Shown here piece after piece: positions 54,209 to 64,000 of a stretch of 64,000 nt of DNA (the first letter of the stretch is position 1; the number at the start of each line of letters is the position of its first letter). The DNA is from an uncultured delta proteobacterium (GTDB lineage Bacteria > Bdellovibrionota > FAC87 > UBA2466). The DNA is taken from the NCBI GenBank assembly GCA_963778115.1, contig CAVZSV010000005.1, positions 32,001-96,000 on the forward strand, written 5' to 3'. The translations under genes were made by a program, and so were the position numbers. Below the pieces are notes generated by a model, which was not told where the DNA came from, searched no databases, and saw only the letters and a list, made by a program, of their open reading frames with translations.

Positions 54209-54490
54209 ATGAAACGATACTTTGTTCTTGGGCTTTTACTAGCCGCTTCGGCCCATGCCAATCGTTGCGAATGGGACCAACTGCTTAATGAGTCGACCTG
54301 TTGCGCGGGTGACGAGCAAGCGGTGTGGAATCCTATTTATCACGAAGTGCAATGCGTGAAATCGCAATCAGGCGATAGCTGTGCCTTCGCAGACATTGGT
54401 GAAGACATCCAATGTTGTAAGACGGATCAGCATGCCGTATGGAACCAGCTCGATCACGAGCTTGAGTGTCACACCATCGCTTCCAAGTAG
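54209..54490 (+). CDS. Small exported Cys-rich protein with two internal repeats
   Basis: Signal peptide ending AHA; C-x10-CC-x6-VWN-x2-3-HE-x2-C pattern twice. Confidence 0.75.
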   Translation: MKRYFVLGLLLAASAHANRCEWDQLLNESTCCAGDEQAVWNPIYHEVQCVKSQSGDSCAFADIGEDIQCCKTDQHAVWNQLDHELECHTIASK

Positions 54491-54501
54491 GCAATCCCCC
54501 T

Positions 54502-56031
54502 CTAGTAGACCGTCTGCGATGAAGTACACGAGGCCGTATTCCCGGCGGCATCCCTAATATTATAAGTAATCGTAAAGTTGCCTGGAGTTAGGATAGTAAG
54601 ATCGGCCTGCACTCCGTTTGCGTAGATCGAATAGAACCCAACCGCCCAACTGGGGCTGATTCCGATCGTCGTCATTCTGGCGGCACCGCTGTTTCCCGAG
54701 GGAGTGACGGTGGCGCGAGTCGTCTGGCCGATATAGGTGGGGTTACGATTTGTAGAGGCCGTACAAGAGAGCGGATTCGACGGGGTCGAAATTACAATGG
54801 AAGTCTGGGCCGCGGCACCGCTATTACACAGTCTCCCCGTCGATGCGGATCTCGCATAAACCGATACCTGCTTGGTTCCCGCACTTGAAAATTGCGTGTA
54901 GATATTGGAACCCGCGTAGTATCCCGAACCATCCTGAGCCTGGACCGAGGTGATCACTAGATTCTCTCCGGTGTTGGCCGAGATAGTAAAGGTCACCACG
55001 TTATTCGGATAGTAAGTTCCCGAAGGATAGCTCAAAGAACAATTGAGTTGGCCACTCGAAGTGTAAGTTAGCGTGACAGTACTGCTCGCCGATTCAACTC
55101 CATTCGTAGCAACGACGGTCACTTGGAAACTGGTTTGCGTGGTACTACTCACCTGGGCTGTCGGCGAAGAGCTTGAAGACTGATTGACGGTAACTCCCGA
55201 TGCGGAAGGCGTGAAAGTATAACTTGTGGGAGGGTTGATAAAATTTGCCGGGCTCGCTGTTAAGGTAAAGATCGATCCCGACGGCTGGGTCGAAGAAGGA
55301 CTCACGCTAACCGAAAGGGAAGGACTCGGGTTTACGCTGATAGACGAAGAACAGGACGCCGTATTTCCGGCACTGTCAGAGACTTGAATCGAAGCTGTAC
55401 TTTGACCGCTCGCCGAGTAACTGGCTTGAACCGTGCCCGTGCTCGGATTGAAAGGAACCGTGATGGTTCCGTTGTTCCCTGGATTAAAGGTTCCAAAAGT
55501 TCGAGATCCGGTACCTCCCGCGGCAACCACTAAGAATTCAACAGGCGTGTTAATTCCTACCGTTGAAGTGGAAGCTGCCATCGTGCAGGACAAATTCGAA
55601 GGAGGAGCGCTTTCGGGCTGAACGGTGACACTAAAAGTACAAGTCGTCTGTGTTCCATAGCTGTCTTCGATCGTAATTTGATCGTCAATCACGATGCTAT
55701 TGGAAGTCGAGTTGCTATAACTGCGAGCGAAGGTGGTCGAAGAAGTAAAGCTTGAGGAGGAGTCTCCCGGAAATTCGTACGGAGCCAAACCGCCGGACGC
55801 TACAATAGCTACGTTGACTGGAATTCCAGCAGTGACCGTGGTTCCATTGGGGACGGAGGCCGAACAACTAAGAGCGGCCTGCGTGGAACTTACCGTCTCT
55901 ATCTGGCTGTTTCCGTTTGTCGTATTTGCGTTTGCACTGGGACTACTGGGTTTTTGCGCACACGCTTGAAGAATGACGACCAAAAAAGCAAAGGACAACC
56001 AACGCGACACTGAACGTAGCTTCATTTTCAT
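54502..56031 (-). CDS. Ser/Thr-rich lipoprotein with tandem Ig-like beta repeats
   Basis: Lipobox LQAC; repeats starting L[SN]C and ending D..G.TA.C. Confidence 0.75.
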   Translation of the reverse strand: MKMKLRSVSRWLSFAFLVVILQACAQKPSSPSANANTTNGNSQIETVSSTQAALSCSASVPNGTTVTAGIPVNVAIVASGGLAPYEFPGDSSSSFTSSTTFARSYSNSTSNSIVIDDQITIEDSYGTQTTCTFSVTVQPESAPPSNLSCTMAASTSTVGINTPVEFLVVAAGGTGSRTFGTFNPGNNGTITVPFNPSTGTVQASYSASGQSTASIQVSDSAGNTASCSSSISVNPSPSLSVSVSPSSTQPSGSIFTLTASPANFINPPTSYTFTPSASGVTVNQSSSSSPTAQVSSTTQTSFQVTVVATNGVESASSTVTLTYTSSGQLNCSLSYPSGTYYPNNVVTFTISANTGENLVITSVQAQDGSGYYAGSNIYTQFSSAGTKQVSVYARSASTGRLCNSGAAAQTSIVISTPSNPLSCTASTNRNPTYIGQTTRATVTPSGNSGAARMTTIGISPSWAVGFYSIYANGVQADLTILTPGNFTITYNIRDAAGNTASCTSSQTVY

Positions 56032-56077
56032 CTCCCCGAAACGGACAAAACCAAATTAAAGAACACTGAGAAGTGTC

Positions 56078-56094
56078 TGCAAACGCAGCGCCAG
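56078..56094 (-). promoter_or_regulatory. Putative sigma54 -24/-12 promoter
   Basis: Minus strand CTGGCGCTGCGTTTGCA = GG-N10-GC, about 46 nt before the ATG at 56031. Confidence 0.55.
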
Positions 56095-56285
56095 CAAATT
56101 GCAAGGTGGGAAAGCTCGCGTGGAAGCTAACTTCACAATTGGCGACTAAAATTGTCTAGACGAGTGTCTAACCGTTCTGCGTGCGCTTGTGGAATACACG
56201 TGCCGTACTTTCAAGGTGCGGGTGCTGTCCTAAATCAGAGTTAAGGAACTGACTGATTCCCCTACCATGGTTACGGAAAAGCCAT

Positions 56286-57430
56286 TTAGCACATGTAGGT
56301 TTTTCGAAGAAACATCAATCCCAAATAACTTAGACCGGCGGCGACCTGAAGGAAGAACACAACCCCGATTAGCTTTTCCGACGGACACAAAGGTGATTGA
56401 GGGTTCAGTCGTCCCAAATAAGACTTCAGGCTCACTAAAAACAGCAGATAGCATAACGGGAAGCATTGCCAGATAAACAGGGTTCCCGATTCTTTGGAGC
56501 CGGTCTCGGAAACGAAAAATATAACTAAAAGTCCTGTTATAAATAGCGTCAGGGTGTACCGATAGAGCCAGTCTTTTAATAGCCGCTTATAATTAAATAC
56601 CAATTCGGCCAAAGGAAACGCTATTGAAGCCACGAGGGACCAGAAAATGTGGTCGGTAAATCGTCGAGGCGTAACAAACCAGCCCAAACCAATGTGAGAG
56701 TGGTAATCCGAATAGAGGGGAAAACTGGAACGCTGGGGAAGCGAGAATAGGACCTGTCCAACAAAAAAAGGCTGGCGAGCAACACCGTAAGAATGGCCCC
56801 CTTAGAAGCCTTGGTGTAGCCGAACTTGGCCCATACAAAAAAGGGGTACACCGCTGCGAAAACCATGAAGAAACTTGGCTTCGAAAAGATATTCATTAGT
56901 GAAAGCAGGAAAATATAACGAAGCTGCTTTGGTTGCGGATCCAATAAGTATTGATAGGATTTCCAAAAGAGCAGTATGACAAAAGGCATCGCGAAAATGG
57001 TCGTGGAGTTTTGCCAGAGGTTGGGGGGAATCTGTCCTACGAGAAGGGTCCAGTGGCCAAAGGATTTGACAGGAAGGCTGAACGCAAAGAGTAAGAAAAT
57101 GGCAGCTAAAGAATAGATGGAGAGTTTAATTTTGCGATCCTCTCTCCACAGTAGAAACTGCCTTGAGACTAGGAATTTCCCAGTCAGTGCCGCACAGAGC
57201 AGAAGGATCGTTGCTATTTCGAGTGCGAGAGTCGAGTTGGTGAAGGCGGAGAGAAACTGCAGCGAAATGAAGTACAAAAAGTGAGGTGGCAGCGATCGTT
57301 GAGAAAGAACCCGCTGTGCGATTTCAATATGAAGGGGGAAGTCCGTAAAGACAGGACGAAAGAGCAGGGTCGAAAAGATGATTCCCCCTAGAGCGGCGAC
57401 TACCAGCGAGGGTAAAAGGGGCCTGGACAT
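56286..57430 (-). CDS. Polytopic membrane protein, possibly GT-C-like (split by apparent indels)
   Basis: TDFPLH, PHFLY, WQNSTTI, SKPSF; overlapping hydrophobic ORFs. Confidence 0.5.
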
Positions 57431-57659
57431 CGCTGAATTGTATCACGAAGCAGAGTCAAGCCCCGGGATATTACCGGTGGTAGCATTGAGAACCCTATTG
57501 GCGAAATAGACCCCGATGACTAGATATCTGCCCACAAGCCCTAGCGTCTATTATCTAAATAATTTTAATAGGGTATAGGGCATTAGCGGGCGGGACGGTT
57601 TTTTTGGAAAAATTGTGCTGTGTCTGCCGTTTTAAGTCGTGGTAAGAGGTCCCCCAATC

Positions 57660-58526
57660 ATGCGATTTCTAACGATCTTACTTCTAGGGCTTGCCTTGGG
57701 CGGTCCTGCTTTTGCGACGTCAATGCGCTTATCCACCTGTGTCAGGCGGGCCCTTTCCCATGTGAAAGCGATGGGTCGGCTCGGTAACCTTTACGTTCTG
57801 GACAATCCCCAGGTTCACCCGAAGTATATTCTTTGGGAGCTAAATAGATTGGATAAGCGAGGGAGATTGGTGGTCTTTGAGAGTTCTCAAATTCGGGTAT
57901 GGGCGAGACAAGACGGCATTGAATTGCTCCAAAGAGAGTTTCGAAGCGCTACCTTCTCAGGGGCGGTGACAGTACGTTCGGCGAACGATCAAATGTCTTT
58001 GGAGGAGTGGCACATTAGAGAGATTCCGTCCGAAAGTTTAGATTCTGTTCAGCGAAGAGTTCTGTTGGCGTTAACCTCAGTAAGAGACGATGGGGCTCTG
58101 GGAGGCTTAATGAGCGAGATAGATGCGCATAGCGCCCTTTTTCGAAAGTCTCTGGCAAGAGAATTAAAACGATGTAAGCACCATGCCGCTCCCTTTATCG
58201 TGATTAATATAATCAATAGAGAAATTAATAGGGAGCATTGTGACGGCGAGACGATTGCGTTCGGCATTGAATCCTTGGATTACGCTATAGGGGCACAACT
58301 TCTCTCCCCTAGTAAGAATGCGCTAACGCAGATCAAAGCGCTTCACACTAAGATCACGTTTCGCGATGTTCCCGGAGGCAGAAATGCTCTGTACCATTTG
58401 TCTCATTGGATCCGAGAGTTTCGGGAAAAAAGAGACCGAAGAAACGAATTGACCGATTGTCCGGGGGAGGTCTCAGCTGAGGAGTTTGCCGAGCCCACAA
58501 ACGTTTCTTCTGAGGCACAAGAGTAG
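57660..58526 (+). CDS. Exported hypothetical protein
   Basis: Signal peptide ending AFA; 288-aa ORF. Confidence 0.65.
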   Translation: MRFLTILLLGLALGGPAFATSMRLSTCVRRALSHVKAMGRLGNLYVLDNPQVHPKYILWELNRLDKRGRLVVFESSQIRVWARQDGIELLQREFRSATFSGAVTVRSANDQMSLEEWHIREIPSESLDSVQRRVLLALTSVRDDGALGGLMSEIDAHSALFRKSLARELKRCKHHAAPFIVINIINREINREHCDGETIAFGIESLDYAIGAQLLSPSKNALTQIKALHTKITFRDVPGGRNALYHLSHWIREFREKRDRRNELTDCPGEVSAEEFAEPTNVSSEAQE

Positions 58527-58723
58527 AAGTCGTTAAGAAGCTTTGGTGCCTAATTTCCATCTTGTTGGTCGAAATGCGGTGATCTGAGGCGCTACATGAA
58601 TTTTTGGGAATGGGTAGACTTTTGGTGACAAAATTTCCTGCATCGTCTGCCGCGGTGATGGAGGTCAATTCGAAGCTATGTTACGAGTATAACGCGATCA
58701 AGGCGTGGCGTGCGCTAGCGTTA

Positions 58724-60304
58724 CTATTCATTCAAGAGCGATTTCATTCTAAACTCATTAAGAAATTGAGCTACGGTAAAACACTCTTGTCCGGCGGGAC
58801 ACCACCGGGGGCGGGAGGCGATAACGATGCTGGGGTCCGAATAGATGACTTTCCAATCCGGCCAAGCGTCTGCGGTTCTGGTAACAAAAAGGTAAAAGTC
58901 GTTGGGCAGCAATATTAAATGTTCAATGTGATACTTTTTAAGATAGTGCGCCAGAATTTCAGGATCTCGGCTTAGGGATACATATTCGTTCCAGGCATTA
59001 AGTCCATAGCCGTCGATCCGCGAATCAATGGCCACTTTAATCTTGGGGAAGTAATGGAAAATCAATTCGCCGCCGACGGAATAAGAGTTAATTACATTTC
59101 CCTCTATCTTGTTGGTTTCGATAAAGCGTCTAGCTTCATCGGATAGATAGATCCTCTTTTCAATTCCTGGTTTCTCCCCGACGGCGTTTCCGAAGTGATA
59201 CGTATAAAAGGTCATGCCGACAACCCAAACAAGAGCCATGGCGGATAAGGCCACTTGTGCTTTTTGCGACTTAAGCCGATTTTGAAGTGCCTTTGCTGCA
59301 ATCAGTGTGGTGACCAAGCAGAAAATGACGATGTGGCGTTGTGCGGTGAGTGAGAGTAAAAAAAATGCCGCCGCTAAAACATAATCCGATAGTTTAAGTT
59401 TTTTATAGTTAAGACAAAGGCAGACGAGAAAGATAAGCGTGTAACCGAAATAAAAGATAAAGGCTTCGCGAAACCTAACGATGAACTCCTCGGTATAAGG
59501 GGGGACCCATTCGATGATAATGGAATGAAGCCAAAAGGCGTGGCCAAGTGCCATCACGTGGTCGACTAGCGAGAATCCATAGGGGTTAATTAGGCAAACC
59601 AGCGAGATTGAGAGAAGAGCTAATAGCTCTAATCCGCGTTTCTCTGGCCTGTACTTTTTAAAGCTCTTTCGATTTTCAATCCACTGACCGGTTACCAAAA
59701 TGGCCGGGATAATGACGATCAATGGGAAACTCCCGTGAAAATTCGCCCACAATAGCGCTATCGGACACAACGCAAAAAGCCAGCCCATCTTGCACGTTTG
59801 TTGATACCGAGAGAGAAAGTTAAGCGCTAACAGAAGAAAGATCCATGCAAACGATTCTGGCCGCATGGCTATTCGGTAATGCAGCACCAATCCGTCCAAA
59901 GCAGCAAAACAAAGCGACAAAGGAGCGTTACGGGTCCATTGAAAGACCAAGAGAAAAATAAGACATGATGTGATAAGGCCGAAAGCCACTTTGGCTATTG
60001 CAAATCCTCTATCGCCCCAAAAGCCGTACCACTTTGCAAAAAGGACCGAGGGAAGCCATTCGTGCGCGATGAAAGCAGTGTCTTTGGACTTGGTAAAAGC
60101 ATATTCCAATGTCTGGGGGATGTGTCCCGTCGAGAGGATCTCTTGCCCAACTTTGATCTGTATCCATTTGTCATTGACGGAATCCGGTGTGAAATCCAGG
60201 CAGAAAATCAGCGCGATACCGCCCAGCGCTAGAAAAATAGTTAGCATGTGAAGGATTCGACTCACCGATAGGCTAAGCCTCGCCCCGACCAAGGGGAGCG
60301 TCAA
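58724..60304 (-). CDS. Polytopic membrane protein, putative GT-C-fold glycosyltransferase
   Basis: D.W..I.VG, AHEWL, RPE, WANFHGSF, INPYG, IEW.PP, IDSR motifs; many TM segments. Confidence 0.6.
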   Translation of the reverse strand: MTLPLVGARLSLSVSRILHMLTIFLALGGIALIFCLDFTPDSVNDKWIQIKVGQEILSTGHIPQTLEYAFTKSKDTAFIAHEWLPSVLFAKWYGFWGDRGFAIAKVAFGLITSCLIFLLVFQWTRNAPLSLCFAALDGLVLHYRIAMRPESFAWIFLLLALNFLSRYQQTCKMGWLFALCPIALLWANFHGSFPLIVIIPAILVTGQWIENRKSFKKYRPEKRGLELLALLSISLVCLINPYGFSLVDHVMALGHAFWLHSIIIEWVPPYTEEFIVRFREAFIFYFGYTLIFLVCLCLNYKKLKLSDYVLAAAFFLLSLTAQRHIVIFCLVTTLIAAKALQNRLKSQKAQVALSAMALVWVVGMTFYTYHFGNAVGEKPGIEKRIYLSDEARRFIETNKIEGNVINSYSVGGELIFHYFPKIKVAIDSRIDGYGLNAWNEYVSLSRDPEILAHYLKKYHIEHLILLPNDFYLFVTRTADAWPDWKVIYSDPSIVIASRPRWCPAGQECFTVAQFLNEFRMKSLLNE

Positions 60305-60309
60305 GAGGT

Positions 60310-61461
60310 TTAGAATTTGGCTCCCGCGCGCTGGATCTTGGGTACTTTAGACCATTCCGATTCCCCGCCGATGTATTGTTTCATTGACTCGAGAAAACTC
60401 TCGAACTCTGTCCGATGGCTTTGCATCCAAACATACGTTTCCGGGGTTCCAGAAATTTCAGCTTCTATTTCATTGAAGACGATAGATTGCGTTCCGTCGG
60501 GATATACGAGCTTGTAACAATCTAAGATGATCGAAGACACTGGCGTTCGAAAATTAGGGTCGTCTGACCATACTCTTAGCACCAAGCGATGATTGGGAAG
60601 ATCCGCCGTTGGTATCAGATCAGACGCGTCTACGGAAAGACCGTTGGCTTTGAGAAGCTCTCCCAATGGGGCCCTTAGATCTGGAACAGGCCCGTCTTTA
60701 GAGACGGGAAACGAATGTTCCTCACGTCGATGATCTAAGGAATCCCCCTCTACGGGAACTTTAAGTGTCACTTTTCTTCCGAAAACCACCCCATTCTCTC
60801 CCGATTTGGGAAAGCTGTTATAGGTTCTAAGCCTTAGCGTATATCCGTTCCTGCCCAAAGCATTATCCCGAGTATCGAAATAAGTGGCGTCATATTTTAC
60901 CGCGGCAATGAGATTCTCCTGTTGAATATGCTGCTGCTGCGTCCCGATTATCGTCGTTCGTTTCACCAAGGGCCAGTCGGGCTGAACGTTGACCACTCGA
61001 TTAATTCGGTTGCTCGCTGGCATTAAGATTGGCGTTTGGCCAGTGGTCCATCTCCACTCACTGCTTAGAGGAGCATGGATGCTAAATCCATGCGAATTAA
61101 ATCCAATGAGGTTCGCGGCAAGCCCTTCCATCGAGGGGTACCTTTGGATTGCAGGATGGCTATCATCAGGATGAATAGTTGTTCTGGCTTCGTAACGATC
61201 GACGGGAGGTGTTGTTTGAGGGGGCAAGTTCGAATCGCCGAATTGGGACTGATTCAAAATGAGGCGATATTCGTGCTCCAAATGAACGGTCGGTTTCACC
61301 GCAGGATCTTTGGTTGCGGGCCTTAGACTATCTTGAGCCTCTTTTAGACTCCGACCGCAAGGATCGCTCTGTGCACTTGGCTCCTTCTCCGCGGCCTGAC
61401 TCGGCATTGCTAGAGAGACTGCCAGAAAGATAAGAGCGATCATGTAACGTCGGATAGACAC
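60310..61461 (-). CDS. CYTH (triphosphate tunnel) domain protein with a predicted signal peptide
   Basis: EHEYR, YFDT....L...GYTLRLR, TLK, REE, EIEAE; leader ending SQA. Confidence 0.75.
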   Translation of the reverse strand: MSIRRYMIALIFLAVSLAMPSQAAEKEPSAQSDPCGRSLKEAQDSLRPATKDPAVKPTVHLEHEYRLILNQSQFGDSNLPPQTTPPVDRYEARTTIHPDDSHPAIQRYPSMEGLAANLIGFNSHGFSIHAPLSSEWRWTTGQTPILMPASNRINRVVNVQPDWPLVKRTTIIGTQQQHIQQENLIAAVKYDATYFDTRDNALGRNGYTLRLRTYNSFPKSGENGVVFGRKVTLKVPVEGDSLDHRREEHSFPVSKDGPVPDLRAPLGELLKANGLSVDASDLIPTADLPNHRLVLRVWSDDPNFRTPVSSIILDCYKLVYPDGTQSIVFNEIEAEISGTPETYVWMQSHRTEFESFLESMKQYIGGESEWSKVPKIQRAGAKF

Positions 61462-61582
61462 TTCAATATCGTAAGTGTGGACTAGATGTAATCGGTAGCC
61501 CCTTCTTGATTTAGGAAGAAGCCGTACTGGGGAGCCGCATTCGGCAGGTATACACGCCGCCGGCTTGTCCGGCTTTTGTCGC

Positions 61583-62521
61583 TCAAACGACTCTTCGGCT
61601 ATGGCGCTGGTTAGTTTCGGCCCTAGAATGTGCGTCTAGGGGCAGTTCCAAGGGAAGCAAGGGAACCGAGCGAGCGTGGAACAGGCGGCACAATGAAAAG
61701 AGCAAGGCCGCGGTGACCTCCCGAAACGGTTGGCCCCAATTTCCTATCCGGAAGTTATAGAACATACTTCGGATCCAGTGGTTAGCAAGTGGCCCGCCTA
61801 TTTTTTTGGTAAATAGGTGTCTGGCATAGTAAGCCCCACGTCCGAAATCATATTGCTTTAGCAGGGTAGGAACATCGCTTAATTTTCGTCGGTGGTGGTG
61901 TCGGACTCCGGGCCCTGGGAGATAGGCTAATCGAAATCCGGCCGCAGACGCTCGAGCCGCAAACTCAAGATCTTCGGAAGGAAAGAGTGTACCGTATCCT
62001 AGGAGCTCGTCGAAACCTCCGATGGTTTGCACTACTTTTCGACGGACAGCAAAATTTGCACCCTGAATTGGGCCCGCCGGTATAAATGCATGGACATCAA
62101 AAAGTATCTCTACTCGGCTGGTATTTATGGTGTAAGGGGCATCGGTTTCACAGTGAAGTTCGATTCTGCCCGCAAGAAAATCGATCGGACGAAGTTGAAA
62201 AGCAAGGTCAATCTCTTTGAGAAAGTCAGGCTCAGGATAGCAGTCGTCGTCAGTAAAAGCGAAAATGTCTCCACTCGCTAGGCAAAGCCCTCTGTTTCTT
62301 GCTCTACTTAAGCCGGGAATACTCTCACGGGAGTAAGTGACGCTAAAAGCAACGCGCTTGCTAAATCCTAGGACCAAGCTTTCCGTCTCCGCCCTGGGTT
62401 CGTTGTCTACCACAATGAGCTCCCACTGGCGGGCAGGGAACGACAGTAGGGCAAGCGATTCTAGGCAAGCCGCGAGCCGCGCCTCGCGATTCAGAGTACA
62501 GACTATTAGCGAAATCTTCAT
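61583..62521 (-). CDS. Glycosyltransferase family 2
   Basis: ISLIVCTLNR, IVVDN, GLSRARNRG, FTDDDC, GANF, EDLE. Confidence 0.92.
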   Translation of the reverse strand: MKISLIVCTLNREARLAACLESLALLSFPARQWELIVVDNEPRAETESLVLGFSKRVAFSVTYSRESIPGLSRARNRGLCLASGDIFAFTDDDCYPEPDFLKEIDLAFQLRPIDFLAGRIELHCETDAPYTINTSRVEILFDVHAFIPAGPIQGANFAVRRKVVQTIGGFDELLGYGTLFPSEDLEFAARASAAGFRLAYLPGPGVRHHHRRKLSDVPTLLKQYDFGRGAYYARHLFTKKIGGPLANHWIRSMFYNFRIGNWGQPFREVTAALLFSLCRLFHARSVPLLPLELPLDAHSRAETNQRHSRRVV

Positions 62522-62629
62522 CGGCTTGAAAGAGACGACGATCTCTGCCGCCGTTCCCGACCTCCTTATGTTCTCATCGATTACATCGGACGAAAAAACA
62601 AATATATTTATCTTATCTGCCACTTTTAG

Positions 62630-63494
62630 TTAACGCGCCGATCCTGTGTAACGCGTTATAAGCGGGGTGGCAGGAGATTTCACTCGATTCTGACTGCTAC
62701 GACATCGTTTAAGTCTCTGAGTAATCGATACCCATGCCGGGTAAGATGCTCCTCGGTCGGCCTGTGATCTGTCTCGCTTAGATGTTTGACTTCGTAGATG
62801 ACCCGTGCGGTAGATAGAGGCTAAAGTTAATGCTGTGCACAATCTCCCCGTCAGCGCCTTCAGTATCGATGACTAGGATGTCAAACTTATCGATATTTTC
62901 CGATTTCACCATATCGCTGAAGGTTCGACATTCCATTTCTGTCTCTTCAATCCTCGCCGAAAGGTCAGGGATTTCAGAGGCATGTTTTAAAATGACATCC
63001 TTATGAAAGGAGCCGAGTTGGTTGTACCAATAAGGCAAGTCTTCTGCGATACCTTTGGGCTTAATAAAATAGAACTTTCTGGTTTGAGCCTTAGAGGAGA
63101 TCGCGGCTTTCACGCATTTCACCCCAGGGTAAGGCTAAAAATTTTTCTGCAACTCTTCAAATAGATAGGGAACCGGCTCCACAAAGAGCCCTTTCCAACC
63201 CGACTTGCTTATCCAGTGAAAGAGACGGTTTCCCGTTCGGCCGTCGTGGGCCCCGATTTGAACGAAAGTGACGTCTTTCATTTTTAGGCTAACTTTCGTC
63301 AATTCATGGATGGAGTGAGACAGCCGAAAACGAAAAAAAACTTCTCCCAAAGCGATCGCAAAGGAAGGGAAAGATTCATAAAGGCCTTCCATAAAATAGC
63401 GAAATCTCTCCCGGACCCTCTCGGAGAACGTGAGGCCTGGCCGAAATCCCGTCTTGTGACAATAAGGCAAGTGCCTCAGAAGAACGATCATCAT
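62630..63494 (-). CDS. FkbM family methyltransferase (frameshifted in this sequence; ends approximate)
   Basis: FVQIGAHDG, WKGLFVEPVP, IDTEGAD in two adjacent ORFs. Confidence 0.8.
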
Positions 63495-63599
63495 AGAAGG
63501 TAGAGGCCTTCCACGCCGATGGCCAGAACTCGGGACGCTTTAACAAATTGCCAAACGTATTGCCGTCGAGTTTTATGGGGTCAAGACAGGGAGGTGGCA

Positions 63600-64000
63600 A
63601 TGAAGTCTATTAGGGTAGCAATCGGTCTTTGTTATGTGGCTATCATCATTCTCATGGGGGGCTGTGGTGATATCCATCGCGCTTACGAAGAAACCACTCC
63701 TAGTTCGGATCCTATGAATCTAGCCAAACCGGTCGATCAGGGCCAAGACGGAACGCCCAAGTATGAAGACGGTCTAGTCTCGGGGCCGACCTGTACCGAA
63801 AATGATGACAAGAAATATTCCAAAGGACAGGGGTATATTCTTCGATCGTTTGTCGATGTCGTGGCTAAGTCTCAAACGGCGGCGGCCGTGAAATGGAAGG
63901 ATGCCGATCAGGATAGTTTCAAAGCAGCGCCGGATAAATTTCTTCCTGGGGATATTGCGGTATTCAAAACGAGAGACAGTCACACCATCTCTTGGGACAT
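63600..64000 (+). CDS. Probable lipoprotein, running off the window end
   Basis: GGAGG RBS, ATG 63600, MKSIRVAIGLCYVAIIILMGGC, frame open to 64000 (absent from the ORF track because it has no stop). Confidence 0.65.
   Translation, partial: MKSIRVAIGLCYVAIIILMGGCGDIHRAYEETTPSSDPMNLAKPVDQGQDGTPKYEDGLVSGPTCTENDDKKYSKGQGYILRSFVDVVAKSQTAAAVKWKDADQDSFKAAPDKFLPGDIAVFKTRDSHTISWD

Overview
The window reads as three unrelated genomes joined end to end. (A) 1 to ~27333 is a high-GC alphaproteobacterium, Acetobacteraceae-like by inference. It carries two four-carbon acid-sugar catabolic clusters (denD-otnK-otnI/otnC and kdgT-kinase-pdxA2), a Hint-domain protein, tRNA-Lys(UUU), yicC-gmk-gyrA-coaD-cyclophilin, cysD-cysNC-cysQ, a GDSL autotransporter, and an Lrp plus bkdA1A2B operon cut off inside bkdB. 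Many genes, including essential ones, are frameshifted, which points to long-read indel errors rather than pseudogenes. (B) ~27334 to ~31757 is eukaryotic, probably green-algal, DNA with GT-AG introns encoding the C-terminal part of a PDS5-like cohesin regulator. (C) ~31757 to 64000 is a lower-GC bacterium, Bdellovibrionota/Oligoflexia-like by inference. It starts in a truncated DDE transposase and is dominated by exported proteins: a TIGR02147-type regulator locus, proteases, Cys-rich miniproteins, a DUF2844/DUF3443 pair, two paralogous Ig-repeat lipoproteins, a PAS kinase, signal-peptide-bearing GNAT and CYTH enzymes, and glycosylation genes. I found no CRISPR array, rRNA or prophage. I cannot prove a novel system. 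The best leads are all in segment C: a shared terminal C-x-x-x-[LIV] motif on unrelated exported proteins, a repeated candidate operator around the TIGR02147 locus, sigma54-like promoters on surface genes, and a two-domain internally duplicated orphan protein. Family calls are from motif recognition by eye, and no database was searched.
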